From the NCBI GenBank assembly GCA_044347345.1, contig JBIKUX010000023.1, forward strand, positions 1 to 42,787: 42,787 bases of DNA, in the 5' to 3' direction. Position numbers and translations under genes: made by a program. The DNA comes from Bdellovibrionota bacterium (GTDB lineage: Bacteria; Bdellovibrionota_C; UBA2361; JBIKUX01). The notes beneath the pieces were generated by a model. The model searched no databases and was not told where the DNA came from. It saw only the letters and a list, made by a program, of their open reading frames with translations. Within the stretch, counting starts at the first letter, position 1. Each line of letters begins with the position of its first letter. Shown piece by piece: positions 36,824 to 42,787 of this stretch.

Positions 36824-37771
36824 ATGGTCACCTCACTAATCATAATTATTTTGAGTGTATTAGGGGTTCTGTTTATTATTCAACGAACTGCGATAATCAT
36901 CCCCCAACAAAGCGCCTACGTTATTGAAAGATTGGGTAAATATAGCAGAACTCTTGAGGCAGGCTTCCATATTTTATTGCCATTTATTGACACTGTGCGC
37001 ATTCGGCTATCTCTAAAAGAGATAGTGCTAGACACCCCTGAACAACAATGCATCACTAACGACAATGTGCAATTATACGCTGATGGTATTGTATACTTTC
37101 GAATTATAGATCCACATTTAATTGCTTACGGTGTAGATGATTACATCTACGCTCTGACGCAATTGTGTCAAACATCTCTTCGCAGTGAGATTGGCAAAAT
37201 TGCCTTAGATAAGACTTTTGAGGTAAGAGACCAACTTAACGATGCTGTAGTTCGCCATTTAGAAGGCGCTGTTGAGGCATGGGGGCTAAAGATTCTTCGG
37301 TATGAAATACAGTCTATAAGACCCTCGGCTGAGGTACTGGCGGCAATGGAGGAGCAAGCTAAGGCAGAGAGAAAAAAGCGAGCTGCAATTTTAGCCTCAG
37401 AGGGAGAGAAACAGGCTCATATAAATCAGGCTGAAGGAGAAAAATACCGGATAATTAGCGCCTCGGAAGCGGCCAGAGAGCGACAAATCAACGAAGCAAG
37501 GGGGCAGGCTGAAGCTATTCTCGCCCTCTCTCAAGCAAGTGCAGAAGGCTTAAGAGCCGTAGCCCAATCAGCACAAGAACCAGGAGGTGCAGAAGCGATG
37601 CAGCTTCGTGTAGCTGAAAAATTTATTACTGAATTTGGTAAAATCGCAAAGGAGGGTACCACCATCGTAGTGCCAGCAAACTTAGCTGATGTATCATCGA
37701 TGATATCACTCGCGAGTGAAATGCTTAATAGAGGTCGTAAAGGCTCACTTAAAGTTGTTGGAGACGGATAG
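36824..37771 (+). CDS. SPFH / stomatin-like (QmcA-type) membrane protein
   Basis: N-terminal TM; VIERLGKY, CITNDNV, LRSEIG, WGLKILRYEI, AERKKRAAIL. Confidence 0.93.
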   Translation: MVTSLIIIILSVLGVLFIIQRTAIIIPQQSAYVIERLGKYSRTLEAGFHILLPFIDTVRIRLSLKEIVLDTPEQQCITNDNVQLYADGIVYFRIIDPHLIAYGVDDYIYALTQLCQTSLRSEIGKIALDKTFEVRDQLNDAVVRHLEGAVEAWGLKILRYEIQSIRPSAEVLAAMEEQAKAERKKRAAILASEGEKQAHINQAEGEKYRIISASEAARERQINEARGQAEAILALSQASAEGLRAVAQSAQEPGGAEAMQLRVAEKFITEFGKIAKEGTTIVVPANLADVSSMISLASEMLNRGRKGSLKVVGDG

Positions 37772-37809
37772 TAAATAGAGAGATAATAATAGAGAAAAGG
37801 GAGATAAAA

Positions 37810-39012
37810 GTGGCAAAAGTGCTAATTGTGGGCGCTGGTGGAGTAGGAAATGTTGTTGCTCATAAATGTATTCAAGCGAAAAATCATTTTTCAGAGGTGA
37901 TGCTAGCATCTCGAACTAAATCAAAAGCTGATACTATCGCAGCTAGAATAAACTCACCGAGATTAACCACGGCTACAGTTGATGCGGATAATGTTAATGA
38001 TACTGTCAGTCTGATTCGCGCTTTTCAGCCGCAAATACTTATCAATGTAGCACTGCCTTATCAAGATTTACATCTCATGGAGGCGTGTCTTGCAACTGGC
38101 GTTCATTATCTCGATACGGCAAACTATGAGCCATTAGATGAGGCTAAGTTTGAGTATTCGTGGCAATGGGCTTATCAAGATCGCTTTAAGGAAAGAGGCA
38201 TCACTGCTATTCTTGGGTGCGGATTTGATCCAGGAGTAAGTGGTATATTTACAGCTTACGCTTTGAAACATCACTTTGCAGAAATTCATTACCTCGACAT
38301 AATTGATTGTAATGACGGAAGTCATGGTAAAGCATTTGCTACAAATTTTAATCCTGAGATTAACATCAGAGAGATAACTCAGCGGGGAAAATTTTGGGAA
38401 AACGGTGAATGGAAAGAGATAGATGCTCTCTCAGTGCACCGCTCTGTAAAATATCCAGATATTGGTGAGCGCGAGTCCTATCTTTTATTTCATGAGGAGC
38501 TTGAATCTCTCGTAAAGCATATCCCAACATTAAAACGTGCCCGTTTTTGGATGACATTTTCGCAGGAATACATTACCCACCTGAGAGTGTTACAAAATGT
38601 CGGCATGACTCGAATTAACCCCGTATTATTTGAGGGTCAACAAGTAGTACCTTTAAAATTCCTTAAAGCTGTGCTACCAGAGCCAGCGACGCTTGGGGAG
38701 GGTTATTCAGGCACAACTTCAATTGGTTGCCAAATTCGTGGAATCGGTAAAGACGGTAAAGAGCTTACTTATTTTATCTACAATAATTGTGATCACGCGG
38801 TTACATTTGCTGAAACAGGCGCGCAAGCCATTTCGTATACTACCGGAGTGCCAGCAATGCTCGGAGCTTCAATGGTAACTCGCGGAGTTTGGAATAAGCC
38901 CGGGGTATTTAATGTAGAGCAATTAGATCCAGACCTTTTTTTAGCTGAACTTGGGTCTTATGGATTGCCGTGGATTGAAAAATTAGGTTATCCACTCGAT
39001 TTTGCGAAGTGA
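37810..39012 (+). CDS. Saccharopine dehydrogenase family, carboxy(nor)spermidine dehydrogenase-like
   Basis: IVGAGGVG, INVALPYQD, YLDTANYE, GCGFDPG, FATNFNPEINIRE, SYTTGVPAM. Confidence 0.92.
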   Translation: MAKVLIVGAGGVGNVVAHKCIQAKNHFSEVMLASRTKSKADTIAARINSPRLTTATVDADNVNDTVSLIRAFQPQILINVALPYQDLHLMEACLATGVHYLDTANYEPLDEAKFEYSWQWAYQDRFKERGITAILGCGFDPGVSGIFTAYALKHHFAEIHYLDIIDCNDGSHGKAFATNFNPEINIREITQRGKFWENGEWKEIDALSVHRSVKYPDIGERESYLLFHEELESLVKHIPTLKRARFWMTFSQEYITHLRVLQNVGMTRINPVLFEGQQVVPLKFLKAVLPEPATLGEGYSGTTSIGCQIRGIGKDGKELTYFIYNNCDHAVTFAETGAQAISYTTGVPAMLGASMVTRGVWNKPGVFNVEQLDPDLFLAELGSYGLPWIEKLGYPLDFAK

Positions 39013-39053
39013 AAAAAAGTTCATAGTAAATCAACTGTAACTTTAAATATTTG

Positions 39054-39077
39054 AGCGGAGATGCTCAGCTCCGCTTT
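39054..39077. terminator. Hairpin between convergent genes, possible terminator
   Basis: AGCGGAG-atgctcag-CTCCGCT followed by a short T run. Confidence 0.45.
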
Positions 39078-39130
39078 GTGCTTCTACTGACTTTTACTAA
39101 AAGAGGTGAGTCACGATCTAACGTATGTCG

Positions 39131-40018
39131 TTAGTCGGAGATTAAAAATTGGAGGCCGTCGTAGGCAGGCTCTATGCTAGAGGGCAGAGTTGCTAGAAGG
39201 CTTTCATACTCGATGGAATGTGCCATATGAGTTAGGTAAGTTTTGTTTGGCTTTATTCGATTAGAAACAGCAATGGATTCTTTAACTGAAAAGTGAGTAG
39301 GGTGCGGCTCGTAGCGTAGTCCATCAATAAGTAATGTTGATACACCACTTAAATATGAGAATGAATCTTCTGGAATATAACTACAATCTGTAGCATAAAA
39401 AAAAGAGCCGATGCGATAACCAAATATCGGCAAATTACCATGAAAAATGGGTATCGCTTGGACTGAGATATCACCGATAATTATTGTTTCTCCTGGTAAA
39501 ATAACCTGTGGGCGCAGATTTGCTACTTTGCCACCCTCATGATGTTTAGCAGGTGAAAAAATATACGCAAACATTTTTTTGATTTCTTCCAGTGTTTGTT
39601 CGCTACCATAAACAGGTAGGCCATCTGGATGTGAAAAAGATAAGATTCGGAGGTCTTCAATACCTAGGACATGGTCAGCGTGAGCGTGCGAAAAAAAGAC
39701 ACCGTCTAGCTGCTTTATACCTGAAGTTAACGCTTGAGTTCTAAAATCTGGGGTTGCATCAAATAGAATTGACGAGCTAGCTGAGTTTGAGTCTAAAGAT
39801 TCAATACTTGATATCCATACAGATGAACGTAAACGGCGGTTGCGCGGATTATTTGATGAGCAAACTGCGCAATTACATCCAATAACAGGAACTCCAGTAG
39901 AGGTGCCGCACCCTAAGACGGTTACCTGTAGTGGGCTTTTCATACTTTTTTTGTTGCTAACATCACAAAAAGCATCGTGGTTAGGATGTTGGCGAATTTC
40001 CTCTTCTTTTGATATCAT
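39131..40018 (-). CDS. MBL-fold hydrolase, PhnP-like (likely start 39943)
   Basis: VLGCGTSTGVP, CNCAVC, SHAHADHVLG, YATDCS, LTHMAH, AYDG. Confidence 0.9.
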   Translation of the reverse strand: MISKEEEIRQHPNHDAFCDVSNKKSMKSPLQVTVLGCGTSTGVPVIGCNCAVCSSNNPRNRRLRSSVWISSIESLDSNSASSSILFDATPDFRTQALTSGIKQLDGVFFSHAHADHVLGIEDLRILSFSHPDGLPVYGSEQTLEEIKKMFAYIFSPAKHHEGGKVANLRPQVILPGETIIIGDISVQAIPIFHGNLPIFGYRIGSFFYATDCSYIPEDSFSYLSGVSTLLIDGLRYEPHPTHFSVKESIAVSNRIKPNKTYLTHMAHSIEYESLLATLPSSIEPAYDGLQFLISD

Positions 40019-40119
40019 AAAAGCCAGGTGCCTAAGCGTTCGTCATACATAATCAAGAGTATCACTTGCGTAAAGTCGATGATACCGGCGGTATGTAAGG
40101 AAAAATATGAGAGTATTCC

Positions 40120-40638
40120 ATGCACGGTGATGAAGTTCCAAGCGAAAAAGGATTTAGAGTAGTAGATAAACGGCGTTTCGATTCCTCGGGGAACGAAAAA
40201 CCTGAAAGCACTAGCGACAGTAATTTTCAACGAATTGAGGTGCCGCCAGTTTCTGAGAAACCAGCGGTAGGAAAGCGGGTAGAGAAAAGCGCTAATGAAG
40301 TCAATCACGAAAAAAAGAGAGCGCCTAAAGAAGCTATTGAAAATGAACCACCTCCCGCAGGATACGGAGCTCCTAGTGGTATAGATTTTTCGTCATTTGT
40401 AGTTTTTTTGGCTCAGCAGGCGGCCATTCAGCTTGGTTTAGATGGTGCTCAAGCTACCACAGCGGGGCAGGTTGATTTAGTGGGTGCCAAGCAAACAATT
40501 GATATTCTCGGTATCTTAAATGACAAAACTGTAGGTAATTTGGATACACAGGAAAAGGCTCTTTTAACTCAAGCGCTTCATGAGCTTCGAATAGCTTTTG
40601 TACAGGTGCAGACTGCTCAGACAAAACAGTTCAATTAA
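40120..40638 (+). CDS. DUF1844-like protein
   Basis: GFRVVDKRRF; IDFSSFV; AKQTIDILGIL..KTVGNL...E..LL...LHELR. Confidence 0.8.
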   Translation: MHGDEVPSEKGFRVVDKRRFDSSGNEKPESTSDSNFQRIEVPPVSEKPAVGKRVEKSANEVNHEKKRAPKEAIENEPPPAGYGAPSGIDFSSFVVFLAQQAAIQLGLDGAQATTAGQVDLVGAKQTIDILGILNDKTVGNLDTQEKALLTQALHELRIAFVQVQTAQTKQFN

Positions 40639-40655
40639 GAAGCGGTTCAATTAAG

Positions 40656-41159
40656 ATGAAAAGAGGAGCTTACTTAATCTTTTTTTTAACATGTGTAGTA
40701 GTTATCTGCTGTGATCAATGGAGTAAAACTCTTATTATCGAAAATATAGAGTATGGGGGTCGTCGAGATATCCTTCCTGGGTTTTTCTCGTTAACACTAA
40801 CTTTAAACAGGGGTGCTGCGTTTGGTCTTTTTGCTGGTATTGAAAATGATTGGATCAGGTACTCAGTATTAGCCATTTCCAGTGTAGTAGCGCTAGTTGC
40901 CGTTTTTTTTGTCGTGTTGAAAGAGTATAAGGGTGTACCAGCTGCTTTTTTGGCTTTAGGCGGCGTTGTAGGAGGAGCATTGGGTAACGCCATTGATAGG
41001 TTCCAGTTTGGTGGGGTAGTAGATTTCCTTGATGTATACTGGAGGGGATATCATTGGCCAGCATTTAATGTTGCTGACTCTTGTATATGCACTGGAGTAG
41101 GGCTGCTGTTACTTTTATCATTTCGCTCATCTGAGAGAAAAGAGCTACTCGTTCGTTAA
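40656..41159 (+). CDS. lspA: Lipoprotein signal peptidase II
   Basis: DQWSK, NRGAAFG, GALGNAIDR, VVDFL, WPAFNVADS. Confidence 0.97.
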   Translation: MKRGAYLIFFLTCVVVICCDQWSKTLIIENIEYGGRRDILPGFFSLTLTLNRGAAFGLFAGIENDWIRYSVLAISSVVALVAVFFVVLKEYKGVPAAFLALGGVVGGALGNAIDRFQFGGVVDFLDVYWRGYHWPAFNVADSCICTGVGLLLLLSFRSSERKELLVR

Positions 41160-41311
41160 GGCTATTTTCCTAGTGTATAGACACGCGTTAGTCTTTATGG
41201 TGTACATACTGACTGTTTTTGCATGTGTTAGCTGTGTAGTAATAAAATCATTTTGTGAGTTTTGAGCTTGTAGTTACAGATGTTTTTACAATGTTTGAGG
41301 TGGAGTTGACT

Positions 41312-41929
41312 GTGATAGAGTCAAATAACGTGAAAGAGTCAAAAAAAACCAAGAGCATAAGAGGCTCACTAGCTATTCTGGGTCTTGCTTTAATATCGTT
41401 TGGGTGTGAAAGCTACACTCCTAATAATCGTGACATCGGTCTTGCTACCGGTACTGCACTTGGTGCGGGTCTTGGAGCAATAGTTGGAAATCAAGTTGGC
41501 GATCCTGGTGAAGGGGTTGCAATTGGTGCGGCCGCAGGGGCTATTGCCGGTGGATTAATTGGTAATGCCCAAGATTCGCAAGAGGGTAGAACTCTTGAGC
41601 AAGAAGAGGTATTGAGGCGACAAGAGGCTGAGCTTCAGAGGCAGCAACGTGAGATAGAAGAGCTACGCCGGCAGAGGTATCAAGATAACTCTCTGAGGTC
41701 ATCATACAGTGAGGCTTATGGTGGACAGAGCGGTAAATCTGGAATAACTAGGTCTGCTGGAGCACCCGAATCTCGAGTCACAGGATCTCGAGTAACTGAG
41801 CGTACCTTAGATAGTAGTAGCTACGATTCATCTGGCGCCGTAGACGAACAAAAATACGAAAGTACTTATCCGAAAAGAAATGAGTCAACTTATCAAGACG
41901 AGGGAAGTCGTGACGACTATCGCTACTAG
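41312..41929 (+). CDS. Glycine-zipper lipoprotein
   Basis: GGAG RBS before GTG 41312; lipobox SFGC; GTALGAGLGAIVG...GAAAGAIAGGLIG; coiled coil. Confidence 0.85.
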   Translation: MIESNNVKESKKTKSIRGSLAILGLALISFGCESYTPNNRDIGLATGTALGAGLGAIVGNQVGDPGEGVAIGAAAGAIAGGLIGNAQDSQEGRTLEQEEVLRRQEAELQRQQREIEELRRQRYQDNSLRSSYSEAYGGQSGKSGITRSAGAPESRVTGSRVTERTLDSSSYDSSGAVDEQKYESTYPKRNESTYQDEGSRDDYRY

Positions 41930-42787
41930 AATTAATGGGTATTTTGTTCATAGTGTACATATAGCGACAGCGGTACTTTTTTTAGTCAGCCAGGCTGGAT
42001 GTGCCACAGAACCCGGCGAGACAACTGTTTTAGGAGGTGTGGCAGGAGCTACATTGGGTGCCGGGCTGGGTGCAATTATTGGTAACCAGATAGGCGACCC
42101 AGGCTCTGGTGTGGCAATTGGCGGTATAGCGGGTGGGTTAGCCGGTACTATGGTTGCTAACGAAATGGAATCCAGCAATCGAAAGCTTGCTCTCCAAGAA
42201 GAGATGACAAGGAGACAGCGAGAAACCTTAAATAGTCAACAAAAAGCTTTAAGCGAACTTCGTGCGCTTGATGATGACGGAAGTGGTGAGATTACTAAAT
42301 ATAAGAGCAGACAGTCTTTATTGCCTGATACTTGGAGCAGGTCGGCTTCGTATAAAGGGTCACCGAGTAGTACAAGGTCAGCCAGTAACAGCCAGTCATC
42401 CTCGGCCTCGGTAGGCTTTTCTTCGGCTTCGTCTGTGGGCGCTGCTGAATATAGTAGACCAGATAAAAGCTTATTTAGTGATAGCGGTGATGAAATAAAA
42501 GCTTCTCAAGTTGTGGCACCGGTGCAAAAAGCTGAAAAAAATTCCGTTTCACGTCCTTCAAGTATATTTTCACCGGTAAATTCAGAAAAAATTGACGTTA
42601 TACCTGATACTCAAGAAGAATCCCAAAAAAAGCAGGAAGAAGACGCTTTGGCAAAAGAAAAGGTTGATAACAAGGCTTCTCCTGTTATTAGTAAGAAGAA
42701 AGTAGCGCCTCCTTATGAACCTCCGAAGGATAAGAGCACAGCCTTTTCATCTTCAGCCTTTTCATCTTCAGACTCCTCGTCTTCATC
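41910..42787 (+). CDS. Second glycine-zipper lipoprotein with a Ser-rich tail, runs off the window end
   Basis: Not in the ORF track. GTG 41910 follows GAGGGAAG; QAGC lipobox; GATLGAGLGAIIGNQIGDPGSGVAIGG; no stop before 42787. Confidence 0.85.
   Translation, partial: MTTIATRINGYFVHSVHIATAVLFLVSQAGCATEPGETTVLGGVAGATLGAGLGAIIGNQIGDPGSGVAIGGIAGGLAGTMVANEMESSNRKLALQEEMTRRQRETLNSQQKALSELRALDDDGSGEITKYKSRQSLLPDTWSRSASYKGSPSSTRSASNSQSSSASVGFSSASSVGAAEYSRPDKSLFSDSGDEIKASQVVAPVQKAEKNSVSRPSSIFSPVNSEKIDVIPDTQEESQKKQEEDALAKEKVDNKASPVISKKKVAPPYEPPKDKSTAFSSSAFSSSDSSSS

Overview
The window has three parts. (1) About 45-18330 is an accreted genomic island at the 3' end of a tRNA-His(GTG) gene. Its intact first unit (122-12941) carries a divergent XRE repressor / excisionase / tyrosine integrase module, a ~550-nt ORF-poor region that reads as a highly structured RNA, three small ORFs, and defence cargo. 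The RNA-like region and the small ORFs each sit behind a TATAAATA box, the T4-type late-promoter consensus. The cargo is a type I R-M system, an RxxxxH HEPN-like gene, and a soluble plus 4-TM gene pair. Three homologous right-end (attR-like) cassettes with identical internal spacing end at 12941, 14915 and 17316. They separate older cargo blocks: a GIY-YIG nuclease with 3x89-bp hairpin repeats, a LolA-like pseudogene, an AbiE toxin-antitoxin pair, a truncated methyltransferase and a frameshifted Fic gene. (2) About 18330-30300 holds decayed genes (kdpA, murG, livJ/K-like), three large signal-peptide-less orphan proteins, an OMP/LytTR pair and a DCC1-like protein. (3) About 30500-42787 is mostly ordinary chromosome: rhodanese and persulfide dioxygenase, a methyltransferase-TylF fusion, TrmJ-like, SPFH, carboxynorspermidine/saccharopine dehydrogenase, PhnP-like MBL, DUF1844-like, lspA and two glycine-zipper lipoproteins. 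The best novelty candidate is the integrated element with the large putative ncRNA and the phage-late-promoter-like boxes. All family calls are by eye from motifs; no searches or folding programs were run.
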